A stretch of DNA of 64,000 nt from NCBI GenBank assembly GCA_963662285.2, contig CAXXMV010000006.1, positions 352,001 through 416,000 on the forward strand, in the 5' to 3' direction. The stretch comes from a bacterium. Lineage in GTDB: Bacteria; Hinthialibacterota; Hinthialibacteria; Hinthialibacterales; Hinthialibacteraceae. Every line of letters starts with the position of its first letter. The stretch's first letter is position 1. The position numbers and the translations under genes are program-made. Positions 1-8,605 of the stretch are shown one piece after another. The notes under the pieces were generated by a model. That model saw nothing but the letters and a program-made list of their open reading frames with translations, was not told the origin of the DNA and did no database searches.

Positions 1-49
1 CGAGGCTGCCCATTCCGCCAGCGATGGCGATTAATAACAATTTCTGCAT
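1..49 (-). CDS. crcB: Probable fluoride efflux channel CrcB/Fluc, 5' fragment (runs off the window)
   Basis: ATG at 49-47 with GAGGAT SD upstream. Translates MQKLLLIAIAGGMGSL, matching the CrcB N-terminal 'hhhhGGxxGxxxR' helix. Only 16 codons are visible. Confidence 0.55.
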   Translation of the reverse strand, partial: MQKLLLIAIAGGMGSL

Positions 50-452
50 TATTAATAACTATCCTCTCTGCGCTGATGTAACAATTTACCTATTGATAAT
101 ATTTCATGGATAAATAATAGCCTTTGATCGGGTGCGGCGAAGTGCTGAACCGTCTGCTGGAATGAGAATATCTATTAATTTTTGTAACCGTTGAATATTG
201 TGTATGTTATGCGGTGCGTACTTTATTTAGAGAATATGTAAAGGCAAATTATAAAGAAAACGATTTTTTTTGAATCAGTGGAAAAATTAAAATAAAAAAA
301 ACTATTTTTACGAATCTATTGACTGGTTTTTTCGTATAACTGTTAGGTTTATGTTTGTTTGTGATGCTATGCGTGTTATATAATCATTAAATATATCGGT
401 TTTTCGCATTAATTACGCGTGGTTATATGTAAGAAATGAAGGGGATAATTTT

Positions 453-3400
453 ATGTATTCATTTTATGATCGAATGTGGAAAAAAAATGTTTCGGGAACG
501 GGAGTTGGACTCTTGTTAGTGGCTCTATTATTAGGTGGTTCTCAAGGTGCAATAGCGCAAGATGTTTTAATTACTGAGTTTATGTCGATTGATAACCGAA
601 TTCTTGCGGATGAAGATGGTCAGTTTCCCGATTGGATAGAAATATATAACGCTGGATTGGAAGGCGTTAATTTGCAGGGCTGGCATCTTACTGATGATAT
701 TAATGATCTTGCTAAATGGACATTTCCTGCGGTTGAGTTGTCTCCCAATGAATACCTGGTGGTTTTTGCTTCAGGGAATAACCGCGTCGATGCTGATAAA
801 AATCTGCATACCAATTTTAAGTTAAGCGTGGATGGTGAATATCTGGCGTTGGTTAAGCCTGACGGGCAAGAAGTTGTTCATGAATATGGGCCGCTCTATC
901 CAAATCAGAACGCTCCGCAAGAGGGATTTTCCTATGGAGTGGGGATGAGCAGCGCCAAACTGATTTCGGCTGATAGTGATGTGAGAATATGGACGCCTAC
1001 AGACGATACTCTTGGCGCAACATGGACCGGGCTTGATTTTGATGAAACTGATTGGGTAAGCGCTGCCAATGGCGTAGGTTATGGATCGCAGGAGGGCGTA
1101 TTCTCGGTTACGGTTCATCGAACCCGCGATCAGTTGGTTTCTTTCGGATTTGCTGAGCGGGCATATATTGATGGAAGCAATCTGTTTTCTAAAGCATATT
1201 ATGGTGAATATAGCACGATTAACTTTCATAATATTGTGTGTGATGGTCATTATGGTGATGATGAAACTTTCACTGGCCTGCGTAAACAAATGGATGTAAA
1301 TAATTTTATCGCCTTGGTTACTGGAGTTATACAAATTCCATACGACGGCGTTTGGACTTTCGGCGTCAATTCAGATAACGGCGCTCGTCTGCGTATTGAC
1401 GGGAAAGATGTAATAGAAGATAACAGCGCTCATGAAGCAGAAGATCATTTTGGCGTTGTCGAATTGACAGCCGGGCTTCATGAAATTGATATCTTTTATT
1501 ATGAATATATGGGAGACGCCGGGCTTGAGCTATTCGCCGCTCGTGGAGAGTGGTCTTCTTTTGATCCGGGAAGGTTTCATCTGGTGGGAGATATTGCGAA
1601 TGGCGGTATTCCGTTATCGGGATTTGGTTCTTTGATTCATCATGACGTCGAAGAGTCTCTTAGAGGGCTTAGCGCTTCACTATATCTTCGTATTCCATTT
1701 CAAATCGATAATCCTGCTGACATAAGTCGCTTGGCGCTGAAAATGTTTTATAACGATGGTTTTGTCGCTTATATCAATGGAGAAGAGGTTGCGCGTCGCA
1801 ATGCTCCTGAGGTTGTATCGTGGGATTCATCGGCGGTGCAGAAGCGTTCTGAGGTGGAAACCCTTGATATGGAGACTATTGGTATAGAAATTCCAGCGGG
1901 ATTGCTGGTTTCGGCGACCAATATTCTGGCAATACATAGTATGAATGCCAGTGTGGATGATGATGATTTTCTGGCAGCCCCAAAGTTGGAATTATACTCT
2001 GTTAATTCTAAAAACCAGTTATTTTTCGGTGAGCCAAGTCCGGGAGGGATCAATACTGCAGGAGTAGTGGGATTTGTGCAGGATACGAAATTCAGCCATA
2101 ACCGGGGATTCTATGATGAACCGTTTCTGGTTGACATAACCACTGATACTGCGGATGCGGTTATTCGATATACCACTGATGGTTCAACGCCGTCAGAAGA
2201 TAGCGGTAATGTTTATAGTGCTCCGATATCTATTACGACCACCACTCCATTACGCGCAGCGGCGTTCAAAGCGGGCTATCAGCCGACCGATGTTGATACG
2301 CATTCTTATATCTTTCTAAATGATGTGATTCATCAGACGCGCCCCAATGATAGTTATCCGACTAGGTGGGGCGGCGGAGTGAGTTCTGATTATGATATGG
2401 ATCCAGAGGTTGTTGAAGATGAAGATTACAAGGATACCATTGTTGATGATTTAAAAACCATACCTTCGATATCAATCGTAATGGATGTTGATGATCTTTT
2501 CGGGTCTCAAGGCATTTACACTCATCCAGAGAGCAAAGGAATCCAATGGGAAAGAGCGGCTTCCACAGAATTGATTAATCCCGATGGAAAAGAGGGATTT
2601 CAACTCAATAACGGTATAAGGATGCAGGGTGGATACAGCCGGGTTCCGTCAAACCATAAGCATTCGTTCCGACTGTTATTTAAGCGAGAATACGGTCCTG
2701 CATCATTGCGTTATCCTCTCTTTGATAATTCACCAGTAGAGCGTTTTGATACGCTGACCATTCGTGGTGGATATAACTATACATGGCATTGTGGTTCCGG
2801 TTCAGGCCCTGGATTTGGCAGCAGCATCGGCAGACCTGATTTTATCCGTGATGAATTCGCCCGCCGCACCCAGTTGGATATGGGGCGGCCTGCTTCGCAT
2901 GGAACTTATGTTCATCTTTATCTGAATGGTATGTATTGGGGATTATATGATATCTGCGAACGTCCCGACGACGCATTTTCAGCAGATCATTTTGGCGGTG
3001 AAAAAGAGGATTGGGATAGCATTGCCAGTGGTACTAAAGACATCTATGAAACCCAGGTCAAAGGCGGTGACAAAAACGCCTGGAATGAAATGATGGCCAT
3101 AGTGTATGAGGGCGGCTTTGATAATCAGGATAACTATGAGGCGATTAAGCGATATGTTGATATTCCTAATTTGATTGACTATATGCTCTCCATTTATTTT
3201 ACTGGCAACCGTGATGCACCGACTCAAATAGGTGGTTCCGGAACTCCCTGGAATTTCTATTCCAGTCGATATCGCAAACCGGGCGCCGGTTTCATGTTTT
3301 ACGCCTGGGATTCTGAGTGGATTCTTGAAGAAAATGAAATCGATGTAGTTCGTTTCCACAATGGCATCGATAATCCAGCCAGAATTTTCAGGGAACTATT

Positions 3401-6356
3401 GGCTAATCCAGATTTTCTCATACAGTGCGCTGATCAAATTCAGCGCCATTTCTTCAACGGAGGAGCGTTGACTCCTGAATCTTCCATAAAGCGCTATAGC
3501 AATCTGGCGTCGATCATTGATCGAGCTATAGTCGGCGAATCCGCCCGGTGGGGTGATGCGGCCAGTGGCAGAGCGAAGACGCGCGATGATAACTGGGTAA
3601 AAGAAAGGGATCGCTTGCTCAATGATTATTTCCCGGTGCGTACCGATATTGTGATTCAGCAATTAAAAGATTTCGGTATATATCCTGCTCTGCCTGCTCC
3701 TCAGTTCAATCATACTGGTGGAGATGTTGCTTCTGGTTTTGAATTGACGATGGAGACGATTAGTCCTGATCATGATTCAAATATCCAGTTATTTGAGTTT
3801 ACCGATGAGTGGAAATATATTTCTGCGGGAGAAGCATCTGGCTTGCAGTGGCAATCGGTGGAGTATGATGATTCGGCCTGGCCATCGGGTGGGGCTGGAT
3901 TCTATGCAGGGGAATCATTGGTTACGGCGCCTATGAATACGGAGTTGAGTAATGGCGCGGTTACTTATTATTTCCGTAAGACATTTGAAATTAATGAAGC
4001 AATTGATCTGAATGAAGTCTACTTATGGTTGGTTGGCGTGATTGATGATGGCGCCGTGGTTTATCTCAACGGTCAGGAAGCAGCGCGAATCGGTATGCCC
4101 AATGGGGCGATTAATCAAATTACCTTTGCTAACCGTAAAGTTGATGATGCTCATGAGGAAGCAATCCTAGTTCCTGCCGAATTGCTTAAGGCGGGCGAAA
4201 ATGTATTGGCTGTTGAGGTGCATCAGCATTTGATTAGCGGTAATGACGTCACTTTCGGGATGGTTCCGGTTTTTTCGGTGAAGGAGCAGGGCGGTATTGG
4301 AGAACCTTTTGAGATATGGCAGGGTCCGCTTCAGGTTCCCGGCGGCGCTTCGTATGAAATGCGTATAAAGTTTTATAAGGATGATAATGGTAAACTTACG
4401 GGAACCTTGGATAGCATAGATGAGGATGTGTTTGACATTCCTCTTGATAAGGTAACCCGTACAGATGATAACTGGAGCGTCAGTTTTACAGCCGCTCAAC
4501 TGACTATTGGAGGCCCTTATTTGGATGAAAATACAGTTGATGCGGTTTGGAAGCAACAGACTACAGAGTTTCCTATCGTATTGAAGAAGATTAAATATGA
4601 GCCGCCTAAACCGTCGGTGCTTGATGCGCCGATTTATTACACAGTTGATGGCTCGGATCCACGTTTATCCGGGGGGGATATCAACATGGATCAAGCGCGG
4701 ATTTATGATGCGCCCATTACACTTGATCAAAATACAATAATTCGCAGCCGCTCTTACCGAGACGGAGAGTGGAGCGCCATCACTGAAGCGTCGTTCTTTA
4801 TCGGTGAAGCGACTGCTGATCTGGTGGTTATTCAGGAAAACTTAGTGATTTCTGAAATGATGTATAACCCGGTTGCGGGCAGCGAATATGAGTATATCGA
4901 ACTCAAGAATGTTCACCCGTCAATAGCGCTTGATCTTAGCGGCTTGGCTTTTACGGCGGGTATTGATTACCGTTTTGCAAATGATACGTTCCTGGCGCCG
5001 GGGAGCATTATTCTTATTACCCCTTCAGCAAATGCAGAGGAAAAAGAGGCGTTCTGCGCGTATTACAAACTGGGCGAAGACGTTCTGGTGGTGGGGCCGT
5101 ATAATGGGAAACTGTCAAATAGCGGAGAACTGATTATGCTTACGGCGGCTGATGGTGAGACCGTCGTGCTTGATTTTGAATTTCAGGATGGCCGGGGCTG
5201 GCCGCTGGCCGCTGATGGCGCCGGGCATTCGCTTGTTCCATTAGCATCTGTGAATGAATGGCAGAGAAGCGGTGCGTTATATTATGGCGGCAACTGGCGC
5301 GCCAGTGCATTTATGTCCGGTTCTCCGGGATTGGATAATCCTGACGCTGATCCCAATGTTGTGTTGAATGAAATATACGTCCATTCAGAAAATTCATCAT
5401 CGCTGCAGGATTGGGTTGAAATATCCAATGCTTCAGAGGAATCGGTTGATCTCCAAGGTTGGTATTTAAGTGATGATGCGGATATGTTGAGTAAATGGGC
5501 TATTGCAGAACTCGAAATCCCCAGTCATGGTTTAATTCGGCTTGATAAAGTAAACGGGCTGGAGTCTGTTGACGGGGCTGGTTTTGATCTGGATCGTCTG
5601 GGTGGGGAATTGTATCTTTCCCAACTGCCGGATGTAGAAGGCGCTGGGCGCGTGGTCGATGCCGTTCGTTTCAAAGGACAGCAAGCGGATGTCTCATTGG
5701 GGCGTTATGGAGATGGCGAGCCGTTTTTCTATAGTATGACGCCTAGCGGCGACCTGCCCAATTCTGCGGGAATAGCTCATGTAGTGATTCAGGAGATCAT
5801 GTATCATCCATTAGAAAATGCGAATCAGGAAGAAGGCGCCGGGCAGGTTGAATATATCGAATTGTTGAATCCAACCGATGCGCCTGTTGCATTGTCGACC
5901 AATGGCGTCTCATGGCGTATGGATGGCGGAATTGATTTGGTCTTACCAGAGGGACTATCAATAGCTCCTCAGGAACGCCTGTTGATTGTTGGATTTGATC
6001 CGAATGAGGCAGCGGAGATGGATAATTTCATCAGCGCATATAACATCCCGGTTAATAATACCCAGATTATCGGGCCATATAACGGCAAACTCTCCAATCG
6101 TGGAGAGCGCATCGCTTTAGAAAAACCGTTGTTGCTCAGCAACTCTGGAGAACCAGCGGCCTGGATTATTGTGGATGAGGTGATCTTCGCTGATCAGTCT
6201 CCCTGGCCGATGGAAGCAGATGGAACAGGAGCGTCTTTGCAAAGGATTTCACCTGATGCATCGGGTAATGATCCATCTAACTGGAAATATGCGGAAGCAT
6301 CACCCTGCATGGAGGCAGGGACGTCAACGGCGGTCCAGAGCTGGATGATTTATTAA
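453..6356 (+). CDS. Large secreted CotH-family kinase with lamin-tail domains, PA14 domain, chitobiase/beta-hexosaminidase C-terminal (Fn3-associated) and jelly-roll domains
   Basis: Signal peptide (GVGLLLVALLLGGSQGAIAQ). LTD motifs (VLITEFM..DWIEIYN, VISEMMYNP..EYIELKN, VVLNEI, VVIQEIMYHP). PA14 (WTFGVNSDNGARLRIDG..YYEYMG). IRYTTDGSTP. CotH motifs (KHSFRLLFK, VHLYLNGMYWGLY..ER, WDSE). AAGGGG SD. Confidence 0.88.
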   Translation: MYSFYDRMWKKNVSGTGVGLLLVALLLGGSQGAIAQDVLITEFMSIDNRILADEDGQFPDWIEIYNAGLEGVNLQGWHLTDDINDLAKWTFPAVELSPNEYLVVFASGNNRVDADKNLHTNFKLSVDGEYLALVKPDGQEVVHEYGPLYPNQNAPQEGFSYGVGMSSAKLISADSDVRIWTPTDDTLGATWTGLDFDETDWVSAANGVGYGSQEGVFSVTVHRTRDQLVSFGFAERAYIDGSNLFSKAYYGEYSTINFHNIVCDGHYGDDETFTGLRKQMDVNNFIALVTGVIQIPYDGVWTFGVNSDNGARLRIDGKDVIEDNSAHEAEDHFGVVELTAGLHEIDIFYYEYMGDAGLELFAARGEWSSFDPGRFHLVGDIANGGIPLSGFGSLIHHDVEESLRGLSASLYLRIPFQIDNPADISRLALKMFYNDGFVAYINGEEVARRNAPEVVSWDSSAVQKRSEVETLDMETIGIEIPAGLLVSATNILAIHSMNASVDDDDFLAAPKLELYSVNSKNQLFFGEPSPGGINTAGVVGFVQDTKFSHNRGFYDEPFLVDITTDTADAVIRYTTDGSTPSEDSGNVYSAPISITTTTPLRAAAFKAGYQPTDVDTHSYIFLNDVIHQTRPNDSYPTRWGGGVSSDYDMDPEVVEDEDYKDTIVDDLKTIPSISIVMDVDDLFGSQGIYTHPESKGIQWERAASTELINPDGKEGFQLNNGIRMQGGYSRVPSNHKHSFRLLFKREYGPASLRYPLFDNSPVERFDTLTIRGGYNYTWHCGSGSGPGFGSSIGRPDFIRDEFARRTQLDMGRPASHGTYVHLYLNGMYWGLYDICERPDDAFSADHFGGEKEDWDSIASGTKDIYETQVKGGDKNAWNEMMAIVYEGGFDNQDNYEAIKRYVDIPNLIDYMLSIYFTGNRDAPTQIGGSGTPWNFYSSRYRKPGAGFMFYAWDSEWILEENEIDVVRFHNGIDNPARIFRELLANPDFLIQCADQIQRHFFNGGALTPESSIKRYSNLASIIDRAIVGESARWGDAASGRAKTRDDNWVKERDRLLNDYFPVRTDIVIQQLKDFGIYPALPAPQFNHTGGDVASGFELTMETISPDHDSNIQLFEFTDEWKYISAGEASGLQWQSVEYDDSAWPSGGAGFYAGESLVTAPMNTELSNGAVTYYFRKTFEINEAIDLNEVYLWLVGVIDDGAVVYLNGQEAARIGMPNGAINQITFANRKVDDAHEEAILVPAELLKAGENVLAVEVHQHLISGNDVTFGMVPVFSVKEQGGIGEPFEIWQGPLQVPGGASYEMRIKFYKDDNGKLTGTLDSIDEDVFDIPLDKVTRTDDNWSVSFTAAQLTIGGPYLDENTVDAVWKQQTTEFPIVLKKIKYEPPKPSVLDAPIYYTVDGSDPRLSGGDINMDQARIYDAPITLDQNTIIRSRSYRDGEWSAITEASFFIGEATADLVVIQENLVISEMMYNPVAGSEYEYIELKNVHPSIALDLSGLAFTAGIDYRFANDTFLAPGSIILITPSANAEEKEAFCAYYKLGEDVLVVGPYNGKLSNSGELIMLTAADGETVVLDFEFQDGRGWPLAADGAGHSLVPLASVNEWQRSGALYYGGNWRASAFMSGSPGLDNPDADPNVVLNEIYVHSENSSSLQDWVEISNASEESVDLQGWYLSDDADMLSKWAIAELEIPSHGLIRLDKVNGLESVDGAGFDLDRLGGELYLSQLPDVEGAGRVVDAVRFKGQQADVSLGRYGDGEPFFYSMTPSGDLPNSAGIAHVVIQEIMYHPLENANQEEGAGQVEYIELLNPTDAPVALSTNGVSWRMDGGIDLVLPEGLSIAPQERLLIVGFDPNEAAEMDNFISAYNIPVNNTQIIGPYNGKLSNRGERIALEKPLLLSNSGEPAAWIIVDEVIFADQSPWPMEADGTGASLQRISPDASGNDPSNWKYAEASPCMEAGTSTAVQSWMIY

Positions 6357-6383
6357 GGTTTCGTATGCGTAAATGAATTTTTT

Positions 6384-6422
6384 GTGGGATGTGGTGCGAT
6401 TTTGTGCATTGCATCCCACTTT
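6384..6422 (+). terminator. Putative intrinsic terminator hairpin
   Basis: GTGGGATGTGGTGC...GCATTGCATCCCAC is a 14-bp stem including G-U pairs, 27 nt after the stop, followed by a short TTT. Confidence 0.5.
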
Positions 6423-6542
6423 AACACCTATAGGTTAGAGAAGAGTTCATTAACAACGAGTTTTTCAGGATTTAATAAATTAACAAAAGCGCCAGTTATA
6501 TCATGAAGAACTGAAATTATTAACAAAGATGGCTCAAATCGC

Positions 6543-6570
6543 TTGACAGAGAAGATAAGCGAGTAATAAT
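6543..6570 (+). promoter_or_regulatory. Putative sigma70 promoter of tRNA-Gly
   Basis: TTGACA (6543-6548), 16-nt spacer, AATAAT (6565-6570), ~70 nt upstream of the tRNA. Confidence 0.45.
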
Positions 6571-6637
6571 TTCAAAGCGTATTTTGATTGATTTTCTAAA
6601 GAGATAAACAATCAATCCTACCGGATTAACAAAAAAC

Positions 6638-6711
6638 GCGGGAGTAGCTCAATTGGCTAGAGCATCAGCCTTCCAAGCTGAGGGTTACGAGTTCGATTCT
6701 CGCCTCCCGCT
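6638..6711 (+). tRNA. trnG: tRNA-Gly (anticodon TCC)
   Basis: Acceptor GCGGGAG/CTCCCGC, D-arm GCTC/GAGC, anticodon arm TCAGC-CTTCCAA-GCTGA, T-loop TTCGATT, discriminator T. CCA is not encoded. Confidence 0.96.
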
Positions 6712-6942
6712 TTTACTTTCCCCTCTGATGTTGCTTGACTTACAACCTCTTCTGACTGATTGCATTTCTTTGTTCTTCTCCAAAAAACTGTGATTGATAA
6801 AGCATCACGGTGTTCAGCAGTATGAATCAAAATACGAATCACCTTAATATACAACTGCGGTGAGAAATTTCATTAGCCCCTGATCTGCCGGTGAAGCAGA
6901 TAGATGGATTCGAGTTCTTTTCGGATATCAACACAACATTGA

Positions 6943-7140
6943 TATCGTTGGAAAGCAGAGTTTGTGCATTCAGGAGCGGGAATGGGTTTATGTGTATGCA
7001 AAAAAATTGTTGAACAACGTGGGGGTTGGATCTGGATAGAATCAGAAATCGGTAAAGGAACAAAATTCTTTTTCACAGTTCCAAATATTATAGATACAAT
7101 ACTAAGGAAGGAAATCAATAAAATTAAGCAAGCAAATTGA
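6943..7140 (+). pseudogene. Histidine kinase HATPase_c C-terminal remnant
   Basis: Frame reads [38 protein letters not shown] (G2 box and terminal strands). An in-frame TGA at 6940-6942 precedes it and no N-terminal domains are present. Confidence 0.8.
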
Positions 7141-7310
7141 TCCTGGTTGTTATTTTAATCACATCTGATGCAGTTGAAGATATTTTAAAAACGTACGGAT
7201 TGGGCGCGAATTACTATGTCGCCAAGCCAATCGGTCTTGAAGAATTTAACAAGATTATTCATTTGATCAAGGATTTTTGGTTTTGTGATGTAAAACTGCC
7301 AAGCAGGTGA
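7137..7310 (+). pseudogene. Rcp1-like response regulator, C-terminal half only
   Basis: [57 protein letters not shown]. Has the KP motif and an Rcp1-type 'FW..V.LP' tail. The phospho-Asp half is missing. Confidence 0.78.
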
Positions 7311-7311
7311 A

Positions 7312-7487
7312 ATGATTATGGGTGGCAAGCCCACCAAAGTCTTAATCGTCGAAGACGATCTCGGAGACGCTTTTTTATTCAAGAACTATTTTTGGATACG
7401 AATAGACCAGACAATAAGATAGTGTTCATGCACGTCGATTGCCTAGCCTCCACATTGAATCGATTGGCTGCGGAGTCATTCAATTAG
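7312..7487 (+). pseudogene. Frameshifted, truncated receiver-domain N-terminus
   Basis: MIMGGKPTKVLIVEDDLGDAF, then a frameshift in a T-run, continuing IQELFLDTNRPDNKIVFMHVDCLASTLNRLAAESFN*. Confidence 0.7.
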
Positions 7488-7500
7488 AAAGAATCAGGCT

Positions 7501-8592
7501 ATGGAACAAGAATCTAACAATATTATATCAGATAATTCCGAGCAATCCGCTTCCTCGAAAATCCGGGAAAATTTTTCGATGGAAGATATTCAGAAATTGC
7601 TCGTGGATATAGGTTCAACGGTTTCGTCATATAAGGCGGAACAAATCGGCATTGATCCGGAAAATATGGTGAAGACGATACGCGGGGGTCGCGTCGTTTG
7701 GATTACGGTCGATGAGATGAATGCCGTACTTGCCAAACAGAGAAGGTTAACTTCATCCAAGCAAGCCCAGCGATGCATTCGCGGTGAAAACAGTCTCTCC
7801 AATGAAATTTCTCGCAGGATCGATGAGTGCCAGTCCATAATCAATACTATTCGAAAAATCTCGCCAGAAGACAGCCCTGAATTTACCCGGTCAATGCGGA
7901 CGCTTGAATCATTACAAAACCTATCCATAAGTCACGCTCGTGAAGTGCGTGTGCTGGAAGCGGCGATTCAGCGGAAAAAACACGAAGATCCTCTTCTTAA
8001 GGAAATGGATAAAGCCACTGAAGAAATGATGTCCGCCTTAAAAGAAAACGAACATGCGGAGGTAGATGTCTGTCAGTCTTTTTGTGATCGTCACATGGAT
8101 GAATATCTCGCTCGGCAAAAGCGGCTCGATCCGTACATTAAAAAAGCCAAAGAGTACCGCTTGTCATTTTTGCTCAGCAAACAGCAGCTTTTCCAATTAC
8201 AATTTGACTTGATTGAAAATGGAGAACGGGCGCTTACCAAGCATATCGAAGAAATTGTGTATTACGACAAAGAGGCTTTGTATACTGATCAACTGGTTAA
8301 AAATTCCAATGAAATAAGGTCTATACTTGAAGAAAGCCATCCTTTTTTTGATCAATTGTCTGCTTTTTCTCCGGAAGAACTGGAAGATCTAAAGGATCGT
8401 TTTATTAAAGCTGACAAAAATCATTTAAATCCCCTTTTTAACAAGATGCTCTGTTATATCGATTTATTCAGTGTTGCATGGAAGGTGATTATTCAAAAGA
8501 AAATGGAACCTTCTTCTAAAATTACACCAGATGATAAGAAGCCAAAAGATACCAAACGGATGATATATGGGGAAAGACACGAGAAAAGTTGA
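7501..8592 (+). CDS. Hypothetical alpha-helical/coiled-coil protein
   Basis: 363-aa ORF rich in charged helical residues, first gene of a tightly spaced operon. No family recognised. Confidence 0.7.
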   Translation: MEQESNNIISDNSEQSASSKIRENFSMEDIQKLLVDIGSTVSSYKAEQIGIDPENMVKTIRGGRVVWITVDEMNAVLAKQRRLTSSKQAQRCIRGENSLSNEISRRIDECQSIINTIRKISPEDSPEFTRSMRTLESLQNLSISHAREVRVLEAAIQRKKHEDPLLKEMDKATEEMMSALKENEHAEVDVCQSFCDRHMDEYLARQKRLDPYIKKAKEYRLSFLLSKQQLFQLQFDLIENGERALTKHIEEIVYYDKEALYTDQLVKNSNEIRSILEESHPFFDQLSAFSPEELEDLKDRFIKADKNHLNPLFNKMLCYIDLFSVAWKVIIQKKMEPSSKITPDDKKPKDTKRMIYGERHEKS

Positions 8593-8605
8593 AGGTGTTA
8601 AATCC

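Noticed and set aside
50-180. Fluoride riboswitch upstream of the crcB-like gene
   Set aside because: The GGxGATG...AACxGC...GCTxATG consensus is not present in order on the minus strand. The GC-rich patch at 127-162 could not be matched confidently to any RNA family; an Infernal/Rfam scan would settle it.
190-217. dif-like site (GTTGAATATTG-TGTATG-TTATGCGGTGC)
   Set aside because: One arm resembles the XerC arm (8/11), but the normally best-conserved XerD arm matches only 6/11 and lacks the inner TAA.
6638-7500. tRNA-anchored genomic island or prophage
   Set aside because: No integrase and no duplicate of the tRNA 3' end were seen in the window.
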